Below are positions 54,897 to 64,000 of a stretch of DNA of 64,000 bases, piece after piece. Location: the NCBI GenBank assembly GCA_965246725.1, contig CBDFFG010000006.1, positions 232,800-296,799 on the forward strand, written 5' to 3'. The translations under genes were made by a program, and so were the position numbers. Origin of the DNA: Asticcacaulis sp. GTDB taxonomy: Bacteria > Pseudomonadota > Alphaproteobacteria > Caulobacterales > Caulobacteraceae. The notes under the pieces were generated by a model. It made no database searches, was not told the origin of the DNA, and worked only from the letters and a program-made list of their open reading frames with translations. Each line of letters starts with the position of its first letter. The first letter of the stretch is position 1.

Positions 54897-57800
54897 CTAC
54901 TTAAAATGCAGGTCGGTGGCGGTGAGCGTCGCCGAGGCCGAGAAGGTGGCAATGGCGATGGCGGCGTCGCTGCCGGAGCCGTCATGGTCCCAGTAGAGGG
55001 TGTGGGCGGCGGCGTCCCAGATGAACTGCGCCGTGGCGCCTGTGGCTGTATGGCCGGCGGTGAACTCGGCTGCGGTCAGGGTGTGGCCCGCTGCGAAGCC
55101 GTAATCAACGTGACTGAACAGGAGTTGGTCGGTGCCGTGGACGAAGTCCAGGATGGTGTCATGGCCATTGGCTGCGGCGCCTGAGAAGACGAAGCCGTCG
55201 GCGCCGGCGCCACCGGTCAGGGTGTCGTTGCCAGCGCCGCCGGCAATGGTATCGTCACCGGCATCGCCGCCGGCAAGGACCGGCGCGCCATCGGCCGTCA
55301 CCGAGATGAAGTCATTGCCCGCGCCGCCGCTGATCGTGACGCCCGTCCCAAGGCCTTGCACGAAGATGGTGTCGTCGCCGGCACCGGCATCGATCATGCC
55401 GCCGCCGGTGATCGTGTCATTGCCATCGCCGCCAAGAATATGATCATAGGCGTTGGTGGCGTAGATGACATCATTACCGGCACCGCCGTCGATGGTATCG
55501 ATCGTGGAGAACGGATCCGGCTGGCCAGCTGCGCCCAAAGGGTTGTTGCCATTGATGGTATCATCGCCATTGCCGCCCGACAGGCTGTCGCTGCCGTCAC
55601 CACCGGAGAGGCTGTCATCGCCGTTGTCGCCCGTCAGGGTATCATTGCCGAGGCCGCCGCGCAGTTCGTCGCCGCCGTCGAAGCCATGGATGAGGTCGTT
55701 GCCGTCCATGCCGTCGATCAGGTCGCCATATATGCTGCCGGCGAGGGTATCGTTTGCGGCATCGCTGCCGTTAATCAGCATGCCCAATCGCTGGCTTGCC
55801 AGGGTTACATCGCCATCGCTGAAGTGAACGACTTCGATACCCGTCAGGGTGTCGGCCATGATAGCGGTATAGTCGAGGCCATAGACGACCAGGTCGCTGC
55901 CGCTATGATAGATTTTGTAATCGTGGCTGGAGAAGGCGTAGGCAACGGTATCCTGGCCGCTGCCGCCGACCAGGTGCTGGCCGTAGCCGCCGGTCAGGTA
56001 ATCATTTCCGTCGCCGCCGTCGACCAGACCCGTTCCCTGGAGAACTGTGGCCTGGATGGTATCGTCGCCGGCTCCGCCCAAAATCGTTGCGAACTGATCG
56101 CCGAGCACGAGGTCGTTGCCGTCCCCGCCGTCAGCATAGGTGAGGAAGGCGTATTCGCTGGTCAGGGTATCGTTGCCGGTGCCGCCATCGAGCGTGTCAT
56201 TGACGCCGCGGGCGGTAAGGAGATCGTCGCCGTCTCCGCCCGACAGGGAGTTGTCTTCCTGGCCCCCGAGCAGGGTGTCATTGCCTGCGCCACCCGATGC
56301 GATAATCGAAGAGGTGAAGCTTGCGGTAATCCAGTCGTCACCATCGCCGCCGAAAACGGTCGATTGCGCGTTATCGACACCCAGGGCGTGAATTTCATCA
56401 TTGCCGGCGCCGCCATCGAACAGGCCGCCGCCGTACATCAGGTCGTCACCCGCGCCGCCATACAATTGCTCGCCGCCTGAGCCGCCGTAGATGGTGTCGT
56501 TGCCGGCGCCGCCGTCGACGGTGTCGGCCTCGATGCCATGATAAACGCGAAGCGTCGCGTAAATGGCATCGTTGCCGTCGCCGCCCGAAAGGCTGTCTGC
56601 GCCAGATCCGCCGGTGATAACGTCGTCGCCGGCCAGGCCGGAAATGGTGTCGTTGCCGGCATTGCCATTCAACGAATCGGCATAGGCGGAGCCTGTGTAG
56701 CTGTCGTTGCCCGTGCCGCCGTCACGATACAGACCGATCGGTGCGGTAGCGACCGTCAGGTCCAGGTCGGAAAAGTGCAGGGTTTCGATACCGGTCAAGG
56801 TGTCGGCGCCGAGGAAGTTGCCATGAAGCGCAACGACGAGACCGGTTTCGGACATCAGCAATTGATAGTCGGTGCTGGCGCCGGCGAATGCCGCCGTATC
56901 CTGCCCGTTGCCGCCGTCGATAAGGGCGCCACCCGACGATGCGATCCAGTCGTTACCATCGCCGCCCGACAGGTGAGCCGTTCCTTCGAAATAGGCGGAT
57001 ATCGAGGTAGTAATGGTGTCGTTTCCGGCGCCGCCGTCCACCGTATCCGCTTTGCTGTTCGAAACGATGGCGTCGTCGCCGTCACCGCCAAGAAGAGAGC
57101 CGGATCCAGTAATGGTGTCATTGCCGTCGGCGCCGCTGAGGGTATCCATATAGCCGTTGCCGAGAATGACGTTCGCACCGTCATTACCCGTCCCGCTAAG
57201 GCTGGACCATCCTCTAAGAGTGAGATTTTCAAGCTTGGCACCAAGTGTATAACTGCTGGCGGCAATCACCGTATCAATTGCACCATCGTCAACGGCCTGG
57301 CCGGTAGTTTCATCGACGATATCGCCGTCGGTAACATAGTAGGTATCGCTTCCGGCACCGCCGATCAGCGTATCGCTGCCACCGTTTCCGATCAGGGTGT
57401 CGTCGCCCGTGCCGCCCGACAGCAGATCGCCCAGAGTATCACCTTGCAGCAGGTCATTGCCGGCATCACCGTAAGCGATCACAGCGGCGCCATAATACTG
57501 GCCTGAGATGGCATCATTGCCGTCGCCGCCATGGACGGTGGCCGATGCCACATAGGTGCTGCCGTCAAAATTGCCGTGTACGATGATCGTATCGTTACCG
57601 AGGCCACCGTCGATTGACTGACCGCCTGCGAAAATCCAGTCGTTCCCATCGTCGCCTGTAATGCGGTCATGGGCTCCTGTACCGAAGAGGCTGTCATCCC
57701 CGGCGCCACCGCTGATGGTGTCCGCATCTCCGTTGTCACTACCGCTGCCGGCGACAGCGCCGAATATTGTGTCGTTGCCGGCATCGCCGGTAAGGCTATC

Positions 57801-58925
57801 GTTGCCGAGGCCGCCCGTGATGGCGTCATTCCCGTCGCCGCCGGAGACTGTGTCACTGCCATCACCGCCGTCGGCGAAATCGTTGCCGGCATCACCGGTG
57901 ACCAGATCGTCACCCGTACCGCCCAGCAGGGTATCACTACCACCGCCGCCGTGGAGCGTATCGTTGGCACCGCGACCGTCCATGTAGTCACGCTGGTCTG
58001 TGCCGCTCAACTTGTTGTTGCTGGTTCCGCCACCGATCAGGTAGGCGCCGAAGGCGCCGGTGGCCACGTCGATATTGCCATCGCTGAAATGAAGCGTCTC
58101 GATGCCGCTGAGGGTATCAGCGGTCGACAATCCTCCCGAACCGTGAATGACGATCAGGCTGTCGCCGTTGCGCAGCACGGCATAGTCGGCATATGGACCG
58201 TCGAAGGCCGCGGTGTCTGAGCCGGCGCCGCCGGTGATCGATGAAGCATTGGGCGCGGAAATCCAGTCGTCGCCGTCGCCACCGTCAAGAGTTCCCTCCC
58301 CACTGAGGACATCATTGCCGGCGCCGCCGGAAAGGTGTGCCCAAGGATACGAGATGGAAGAGGTGATAGTATCTGCTCCGTCGCCGCCGTTAACAGTGTC
58401 CGTTCCACCTGTAGCGTTGATACTGTCATTACCTGCATCGCCGTTGAGCACGCCTGTACCTGTCAAGGTATCATTGCCCGCTCCGCCATTCAGGGCATTG
58501 ACGCCAAATTGACCGTAGAGAGCATCATCGCCGTCACCGCCATTGAGGGTCGAGTAGTTCCAGCCTGCGTAGAGGGTGTCATTGCCGTCACCGCCTTCCA
58601 GGAGATTATGGGAAAGGACGCCGGTATTGGCGACCTGCGTGGCATCGAGAGAGTCGTTGCCCAGACCACCTTCCAGGGTCGAATCGACACCGGCAACGCT
58701 GACAATAAGCTTGTCACTCCCGTCACCACCATCCAGACTTCCGTAGCCCAGAAGTGTATCGTCACCCGCTTCGCCATAAAGCGTATCCGGTCCGCCGCCG
58801 CCTTCCAGGCTGTCGTTACCGTCGCCACCCCAGAGCGTATCGTTTCCTGCAAGTCCCTGGATGTAGTCGGCCCCGGACGTGCCGGTGAGCGAGTCGTTGC
58901 CGCTGGTGCCAAGAATGTCGGTCAT
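54897..58925 (-). CDS. Large RTX Ca-binding repeat protein, putative type I secretion substrate
   Basis: Dozens of GGxGxD repeats, three DTL[ST]GIE..HFSD modules, C-terminus paralogous to the 4457 gene; start MTDILG after GGGGG. Confidence 0.9.
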   Translation of the reverse strand: MTDILGTSGNDSLTGTSGADYIQGLAGNDTLWGGDGNDSLEGGGGPDTLYGEAGDDTLLGYGSLDGGDGSDKLIVSVAGVDSTLEGGLGNDSLDATQVANTGVLSHNLLEGGDGNDTLYAGWNYSTLNGGDGDDALYGQFGVNALNGGAGNDTLTGTGVLNGDAGNDSINATGGTDTVNGGDGADTITSSISYPWAHLSGGAGNDVLSGEGTLDGGDGDDWISAPNASSITGGAGSDTAAFDGPYADYAVLRNGDSLIVIHGSGGLSTADTLSGIETLHFSDGNIDVATGAFGAYLIGGGTSNNKLSGTDQRDYMDGRGANDTLHGGGGSDTLLGGTGDDLVTGDAGNDFADGGDGSDTVSGGDGNDAITGGLGNDSLTGDAGNDTIFGAVAGSGSDNGDADTISGGAGDDSLFGTGAHDRITGDDGNDWIFAGGQSIDGGLGNDTIIVHGNFDGSTYVASATVHGGDGNDAISGQYYGAAVIAYGDAGNDLLQGDTLGDLLSGGTGDDTLIGNGGSDTLIGGAGSDTYYVTDGDIVDETTGQAVDDGAIDTVIAASSYTLGAKLENLTLRGWSSLSGTGNDGANVILGNGYMDTLSGADGNDTITGSGSLLGGDGDDAIVSNSKADTVDGGAGNDTITTSISAYFEGTAHLSGGDGNDWIASSGGALIDGGNGQDTAAFAGASTDYQLLMSETGLVVALHGNFLGADTLTGIETLHFSDLDLTVATAPIGLYRDGGTGNDSYTGSAYADSLNGNAGNDTISGLAGDDVITGGSGADSLSGGDGNDAIYATLRVYHGIEADTVDGGAGNDTIYGGSGGEQLYGGAGDDLMYGGGLFDGGAGNDEIHALGVDNAQSTVFGGDGDDWITASFTSSIIASGGAGNDTLLGGQEDNSLSGGDGDDLLTARGVNDTLDGGTGNDTLTSEYAFLTYADGGDGNDLVLGDQFATILGGAGDDTIQATVLQGTGLVDGGDGNDYLTGGYGQHLVGGSGQDTVAYAFSSHDYKIYHSGSDLVVYGLDYTAIMADTLTGIEVVHFSDGDVTLASQRLGMLINGSDAANDTLAGSIYGDLIDGMDGNDLIHGFDGGDELRGGLGNDTLTGDNGDDSLSGGDGSDSLSGGNGDDTINGNNPLGAAGQPDPFSTIDTIDGGAGNDVIYATNAYDHILGGDGNDTITGGGMIDAGAGDDTIFVQGLGTGVTISGGAGNDFISVTADGAPVLAGGDAGDDTIAGGAGNDTLTGGAGADGFVFSGAAANGHDTILDFVHGTDQLLFSHVDYGFAAGHTLTAAEFTAGHTATGATAQFIWDAAAHTLYWDHDGSGSDAAIAIATFSASATLTATDLHFK

Positions 58926-59003
58926 ATCGATGTCCCCCTGCGCTGCCCGCCGGAAGCGCTCGCAATTATCCGACGCCAACGGTTATGGCCTGTCGTCGAA
59001 TGC

Positions 59004-59064
59004 AAAAAAGAAAACCCCCAGGCAGTCCCCTGAAGCCCCCTCAGGCCTGCCATATGGGGGAGGT
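59004..59064 (-). terminator. Terminator-like hairpin upstream of the RTX gene
   Basis: CCCCCA..GGCAG.CCTGA/TCAGG..CTGCC.TGGGGG interrupted stem followed by a long U tract on the minus strand. Confidence 0.5.
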
Positions 59065-59204
59065 TAGCTCTCTGTTCAGAAGGCCGCAACTGCAAAGTGC
59101 GAAATTTTTCGCTTTCCTCTATAGGGCGATTTGGCCTCTCACAGGACGATCTGGCGAGATGCAGATAAGGCATCTGCGCAATGTATCGGGGAGGGGAAAG
59201 TGGA

Positions 59205-59236
59205 CGGGGCCCGGGTTCGCAAGAACCCGGGCCCCG
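59205..59236 (-). terminator. Hairpin immediately downstream of the tRNA
   Basis: 14-bp perfect stem CGGGGCCCGGGTTC/GAACCCGGGCCCCG. Confidence 0.7.
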
Positions 59237-59237
59237 G

Positions 59238-59312
<75 letters not shown>

Positions 59313-59427
59313 CGGCGGGGGCGGTGAATGCCTCCGAGGGGTGGGGCTATAGCCAAACTTTTCGCGAAGACAAAGCGAAAAATTGCGGCTCTTGAAATTA
59401 TTCCCAGGTTTTCTTATGGCTTACACC

Positions 59428-59637
59428 ATGAACGATCCCGAAAAGCCGAATTCTGCTACTTCCGGTGCGCCTGCAAGGGCTCAAAAACCCGGTGCCACGA
59501 CCAAGGGGCACCGCGACGCCCGGGCCGAGGCGCTGCAAAAGGCGCTGCGCGACAACCTGCGTCGCCGCAAGGCCGCGGCATCGTCTGTCGATGGGGATCA
59601 CGAAAAAGCGAGCGGCGAGGGTGGCGACGGCGCATAA
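59428..59637 (+). CDS. Small conserved-type hypothetical protein upstream of murA
   Basis: R..AL..ALRDNLRRRK motif typical of the small ORF preceding alphaproteobacterial murA. Confidence 0.7.
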   Translation: MNDPEKPNSATSGAPARAQKPGATTKGHRDARAEALQKALRDNLRRRKAAASSVDGDHEKASGEGGDGA

Positions 59638-59748
59638 TGCCTGTTGCGCCCGATATAATGTCATGTAGAACCGCTGCTTCCGCCGCGTGACGACACGCGT
59701 GCGGAATCGCAAAAGCACTTTCCTTTCCAAAGACTACGGGACGCATAT

Positions 59749-61044
59749 ATGGACCGCATTGCCATCGAGGGCGGCAATCCTCTGTTCGGGGACATCCCCG
59801 TATCCGGCGCCAAGAATTCGGCCATCAAGCTGATGGCGGCGTCGCTGCTGACCTCGGAGCCGGTCCGGCTGACCAATATGCCGCGCCTGGCCGATACGCG
59901 CCTGCTCAGCCGGTTGCTGCAGCGCTTCGGCTGCGGCATCAGCGAATCGGATGGTCCCGACGGCCAGGAAATGCGCCTGCATACCCCCGAGATCACCTCG
60001 GCTTTCGCGCCCTACGACCTGGTGCGCCAGATGCGTGCCTCGTTCAACGTCCTGGGGCCGCTGCTGGCGCGCACCGGCCACGCCAAGGTGTCGCTGCCTG
60101 GCGGCTGCACGATCGGCGCACGCCCGGTCGACCTGCATCTGAAGGCGCTGGAGGCCCTGGGCGCCCATATCGATATGCACGAAGGTTATGTCTTCGCCCA
60201 GGCCCCGCGTGGCCTGCGTGGCGCCGAGATCACCTTTCCCTTCGTCAGCGTCGGCGCTACCGAGCACGCCCTGATGGCGGCCGTCCTGGCCCATGGGACC
60301 AGCGTTCTGCACAACAGCGCCTGCGAACCGGAAATCGTCGACCTGGCCGAATGCCTGAACGCCATGGGCGCCAAGGTCAGCGGCGCCGGTACCAAGACGA
60401 TTACGGTCGAAGGGGTCACCAGCCTGCACGGCACGGACTGGTCGGTCATCTGCGACCGTATCGAGGCCGGTACCTACGCGGTGGCAGCGGCCATGGCCGG
60501 GGGTGAGGTTCGCCTGACCAAGATCCGTCCGGAGTTGATCGCCATCCTGCTCGACAAGCTGGTCGAAGCCGGTTGCGAGGTCACGCACGGCGAAAAGACG
60601 GTTACGATCAAGCGCGGTCCTGGGCGCCTCAAGCCGGTAGACCTGACGACGGACGTCTATCCTGGGTTTGCCACCGATCTGCAGGCGCAGTTCATGGCGC
60701 TGATGACCCTGGCCGACGGCGAGAGCGTGGTGCGCGAGACCATTTTCGAAAACCGCTTCATGCACGTGCCGGAACTGGGCCGCCTTGGCGCCGACATCAC
60801 CGTCAGCGGCGGGGAAGCCCGGGTCAAGGGTGTCGAAGGCTTGTTCGGCGCCCAGGTCATGGCGACCGATCTGCGCGCTTCGGCCTGCCTGGTCATTGCC
60901 GGCCTGGCAGCGAAGGGCGAGACCGTCGTCAATCGCGTCTATCACCTGGACCGTGGTTTTGAGAATCTCGAAGGCAAGCTGTCGGCCTGTGGCGCGAAGA
61001 TCAAGCGTCTCAAGGGTGACGCCCCAAGCGAAGACGAGGAATAG
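59749..61044 (+). CDS. murA: UDP-N-acetylglucosamine 1-carboxyvinyltransferase
   Basis: [43 protein letters not shown] and LDRG motifs. Confidence 0.98.
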   Translation: MDRIAIEGGNPLFGDIPVSGAKNSAIKLMAASLLTSEPVRLTNMPRLADTRLLSRLLQRFGCGISESDGPDGQEMRLHTPEITSAFAPYDLVRQMRASFNVLGPLLARTGHAKVSLPGGCTIGARPVDLHLKALEALGAHIDMHEGYVFAQAPRGLRGAEITFPFVSVGATEHALMAAVLAHGTSVLHNSACEPEIVDLAECLNAMGAKVSGAGTKTITVEGVTSLHGTDWSVICDRIEAGTYAVAAAMAGGEVRLTKIRPELIAILLDKLVEAGCEVTHGEKTVTIKRGPGRLKPVDLTTDVYPGFATDLQAQFMALMTLADGESVVRETIFENRFMHVPELGRLGADITVSGGEARVKGVEGLFGAQVMATDLRASACLVIAGLAAKGETVVNRVYHLDRGFENLEGKLSACGAKIKRLKGDAPSEDEE

Positions 61045-61048
61045 GCCG

Positions 61049-61507
61049 GTGTTAAGCTTCGGCAAGCCAGCCGCCAAACCTTTACGCCTCCTGGCCAATG
61101 AGGCCGATGACCTGGCTCCGCTTGCGGCGTTGGTTCAGGACGGCCTGCTGCGCGCCGGGGACATGGATTATGACGCCGGCGGGCGCCACTTTACCGTGCG
61201 AATGAACCGGTATTGCCACGAAAGCTCCGCCAGTGTGCCCCTGCGGGCCCCGTCCGTACTGCGGTTCAGCTGCGTGCAGAAGGTACAGACGCGGGGCTTG
61301 AATCTCGGTCGTCAGGGCCAGCCTTTGAGCCTGCTGGATATCGAGGTCGAGGCACTCGATGAACCGGCCTACGCCCTGACCCTGCGCTTTGCCGGCGAGG
61401 GCGGGCCGAAGGATATCCGTCTCGAAGTCGAATGTATCGACGTCCTGCTGCTCGACCTTGCGGCCCCGCGCCGTGTCAAGAGCAGCCCCAGCCACCCGGA
61501 GGCGTAA
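61049..61507 (+). CDS. DUF2948 family protein
   Basis: LRLLA....DL..LAALVQD, NRY and IRLEVECIDVLL.D motifs; usual position after murA. Confidence 0.88.
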   Translation: MLSFGKPAAKPLRLLANEADDLAPLAALVQDGLLRAGDMDYDAGGRHFTVRMNRYCHESSASVPLRAPSVLRFSCVQKVQTRGLNLGRQGQPLSLLDIEVEALDEPAYALTLRFAGEGGPKDIRLEVECIDVLLLDLAAPRRVKSSPSHPEA

Positions 61508-61509
61508 CC

Positions 61510-61977
61510 ATGCGTATTGCCAGGATAGATATCGACGAGACGTCTCTGAGCGCCCCCACGGACCAGATAGAGCACGAGCGCAAGGTCGCCATGTTCGACC
61601 TGGTCGAGAAGAACAGCTTTACGCCGGAAGGCGCTGCAGAGGCTGGATCCGAAGGTCCCTTCGATCTCCGGCTGGCCTATGAGGACAATCGTCTGGTGTT
61701 CGACATCACCGGGCCGAACTTTGCGCGCAAGGTGATGCTGTCCCTGTCACCATTCAAGACCATCTTCCGCGACTACGCCATGATCTGCGAAAGCTATTAT
61801 GATGCGTTGAAGAATGCCACGCCCGGCCAGATCGAGTCGATCGACATGGGGCGCCGTGGCGTTCATAACGAAGGCGCAGAACTGCTGACCGAACGTCTCA
61901 AGGGCAAGGTCGAGATCGACCACGAGACGTCGCGCCGGCTGTTCACCCTGCTCAACGCCCTGCAGGTACGGCCTTAA
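61510..61977 (+). CDS. UPF0262 family protein
   Basis: EHERKVAMFDL, DY..ICESYYDA and IESIDMGRRGVHNEG motifs. Confidence 0.93.
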   Translation: MRIARIDIDETSLSAPTDQIEHERKVAMFDLVEKNSFTPEGAAEAGSEGPFDLRLAYEDNRLVFDITGPNFARKVMLSLSPFKTIFRDYAMICESYYDALKNATPGQIESIDMGRRGVHNEGAELLTERLKGKVEIDHETSRRLFTLLNALQVRP

Positions 61978-62277
61978 TCGTCACGCGGCGCGATGGATGC
62001 CCCGAGTCGGTAAAAATTGCCTATCCTTATGATTTTCTTACGATTTTGTAATCTAACGCTATTCATGTCGGGTTCATCAACGGGGCGACAAAGGGACCAA
62101 AAGGCGGCCGTATAACCGCGATCGCCTTATACGCGACAATTGCGTGACCGTTTCGCCCCATTTGCCGGCAAATGCCCCGAAACGACCTTTCCCGCGCCCC
62201 ACGAAAGCCGGTTCGGACCTCCATATTTGTCGGCAGGCGACACCATGATCGCCGCTTAGAAGACTATGGAGCATAAC

Positions 62278-62799
62278 ATGAAAACGCTTATTATCGCTGC
62301 TGCCGCTACGCTTGCCCTTACCTCCGTCGCCACCGTGGCTTCTGCCCAGGATGTCGGCAAGGTCTATGGTTCTGTCGGTGTCCAGGGCCAGGACAATGAC
62401 AAGACCGGCGCCAACCTCGGCAGCGTCAATGCCCGCGTCGGCACCAAGATCACCCCGCATTTCGGCGTCGAAGGCGAAGTCGCCTACGGTACCAACAAGG
62501 ATACCACGGCTGCCGGCGATTATCGCCTGACCAACAAGGCCGCTGTCTACGGCGTTGGCTATCTGCCTGTCAGTGACCGTGTCGACCTGTTGGGCCGCGT
62601 CGGTGTGTCCGACACCGATCTTAAGGCGCCAGCCTCGGCGGGCAAGCTCGAACAGGGCACTGCGATCGACTATGGCGTCGGTGCGCAATATCACTTCAAC
62701 AAGGACTATGCCGCCCGCGTCGATTACACCAAGTCCGACTTCCAGAACGACAAGGGTTCGACCGGTACGACCACGGTCAGCCTGGTGAAGAAGTTCTAA
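62278..62799 (+). CDS. Outer membrane beta-barrel (OmpA-like/porin family) protein
   Basis: Signal peptide ASA-Q, FGVEGE, YGVGAQY, terminal KKF. Confidence 0.88.
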   Translation: MKTLIIAAAATLALTSVATVASAQDVGKVYGSVGVQGQDNDKTGANLGSVNARVGTKITPHFGVEGEVAYGTNKDTTAAGDYRLTNKAAVYGVGYLPVSDRVDLLGRVGVSDTDLKAPASAGKLEQGTAIDYGVGAQYHFNKDYAARVDYTKSDFQNDKGSTGTTTVSLVKKF

Positions 62800-62826
62800 G
62801 CTTTACGGCGCTTAGCCCAGACATTC

Positions 62827-62861
62827 AAAAGCCCCTCCGGTTTTGCCCGGAGGGGCTTTTT
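62827..62861. terminator. Bidirectional rho-independent terminator
   Basis: AAAA-GCCCCTCCGG/CCGGAGGGGC-TTTTT between convergent genes. Confidence 0.88.
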
Positions 62862-62884
62862 GTCGTTTTCGGCCTTTGCTTGCC

Positions 62885-62929
62885 GCGTAATTTAACCCGA
62901 AAGTGCGCACACTTTATGAGATTGCGCTA
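62885..62929. repeat. Short inverted-repeat element family C, copy 2
   Basis: GCGTAATTTAACCCGAAAGTGCGCACACTTTATGAGATTGCGCTA; its end supplies the TAG stop of the adjacent gene. Confidence 0.75.
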
Positions 62930-63796
62930 AAGATAATAACCCGGCTGGTCGATATCGCCGAGCAGGCCCGGGCCGGTGGGGTGCCAGTCGAGGATCTTGC
63001 GGGTATGCGCGCTTGAGGCCGACATATCGGCGGCGGCGAAGCTGGCAAACCAGCCGAAGTGTTCCGCCGGACGTGAAGCGATCGGCAGGTTCAGGCGGTG
63101 GCCGATGACCTCGGCGATCTGCCAGAAGGGTATGCCTTCGTCGGCGACAGCATGGTAGACAGGTTCATGCGCGCCGGTTTCGAGCACACGCCGATAGAGG
63201 CGGGCGGCATCCGATCTGTGCACGCCGGCCCAGGTATTGCGACCGTCTCCTATAAAGGCCGATACACCTGACTTGCGTGCCATGCCGATAAGAAGCGGCA
63301 CGAACCCATGGTCACCCAGGCCGTGGACGGAGGGCGCCAGACGGACAGTTACGGCGCGCACGCCCCGCTCGGCCAGGGCGCGCGCCGTCAGTTCCGATTT
63401 GCGCGGGAAACCTGAGTCAGGCACGTCGGTTTCGGTTGCCGGCCGGCCGGCGGCCAGGCGCGCCAGGCCCGAAGTGACGACGAGGGGGCGGTCGGAGCCT
63501 GCCAGTGCTTCGCCGAAGGCCTCGATGGCGCGGCGATCCTGTTCGGCATTTTCGGCGAAACGGGAAAAGTCGTGGTTGAAGGCGGTATGGATGACAGCGT
63601 CGGCGCTGTCAGAGGCTTTGCGCAGGAGGTCAAGGTCGTCGAGCGTGCCCTGAAGCGCCTGTGCGCCCGTTGCTGCCAGGGCCGCAGCCTTGTCGTCGCC
63701 GCGAACGAGGCCGGTAACGCGATGCCCTGCGCCGACGAGTTCCGCCACGACGGCCGATCCGACCCAGCCGCTGGCGCCTGTTATAAATACATGCAT
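62927..63796 (-). CDS. Atypical SDR / NAD-dependent epimerase-dehydratase family oxidoreductase
   Basis: VFITGASGWVG, VIHTAFNHDF, VRLAPSVHG and VHRSDAARLY motifs. Confidence 0.92.
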   Translation of the reverse strand: MHVFITGASGWVGSAVVAELVGAGHRVTGLVRGDDKAAALAATGAQALQGTLDDLDLLRKASDSADAVIHTAFNHDFSRFAENAEQDRRAIEAFGEALAGSDRPLVVTSGLARLAAGRPATETDVPDSGFPRKSELTARALAERGVRAVTVRLAPSVHGLGDHGFVPLLIGMARKSGVSAFIGDGRNTWAGVHRSDAARLYRRVLETGAHEPVYHAVADEGIPFWQIAEVIGHRLNLPIASRPAEHFGWFASFAAADMSASSAHTRKILDWHPTGPGLLGDIDQPGYYL

Positions 63797-63818
63797 GTGT
63801 CTGTTTCCGTGTGAAATT

Positions 63819-64000
63819 TTACAGGCGAATGGAGAGTTCGACGTCTTCCGCGAATGGGAGCGACATGTAGCCGTTTGCGGTGTCGCGGATTTTTGCCAGA
63901 TATTCAGGGCTGTAGTTGGCATTGTCCGCGATGACTGCGGCGCCTGGCCTGAGCCGGCTTTCCAGAAGGTCGAGGATTTCGGGATAGAGCGATTTTGCGC
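63819..64000 (-). CDS. O-methyltransferase, 3' end (partial)
   Basis: Minus strand reads AKSLYPEILDLLESRLRPGAAVIADNA...YMSLPFAEDVELSIRL-stop. Confidence 0.8.
   Translation of the reverse strand, partial: AKSLYPEILDLLESRLRPGAAVIADNANYSPEYLAKIRDTANGYMSLPFAEDVELSIRL

Overview
GC-rich alphaproteobacterial chromosomal window. The murA-DUF2948-UPF0262 block, the palindromic intergenic repeats and the many RTX proteins point to Caulobacteraceae, possibly Asticcacaulis (inference). About 59 kb of accessory genes lie downstream of tRNA-Thr(GGT), and core genes lie beyond it. Highlights: (1) A tandem array at 31.6-44.4 kb of type I-secretion-type proteins sharing one C-terminal module (eight ~51-aa DUF4214/RsaA-N-like helical repeats plus a terminal signal) with unrelated N-terminal heads: a serralysin-type protease, a collapsed beta-propeller, an unknown hydrophobic head, and a GH114/PelA-like glycosidase with a CBM-like domain. 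Two of the tails form a near-identical 1.39-kb direct repeat. (2) An integrase-less P22-like packaging module (TerS-like, TerL in two ATGA-coupled ORFs, truncated portal) behind a leader terminator, with host repeats inside it. (3) An IS110 remnant whose right end sits at the CT of a host palindromic repeat, fused to a dipZ remnant. (4) An uncalled 25-aa ORF, a stand-alone ECF sigma-2-like protein next to a receiver protein, an attenuator-like hairpin before moeA, and mosaic intergenic repeat families. All family assignments come from motif recognition by eye; no searches were run.
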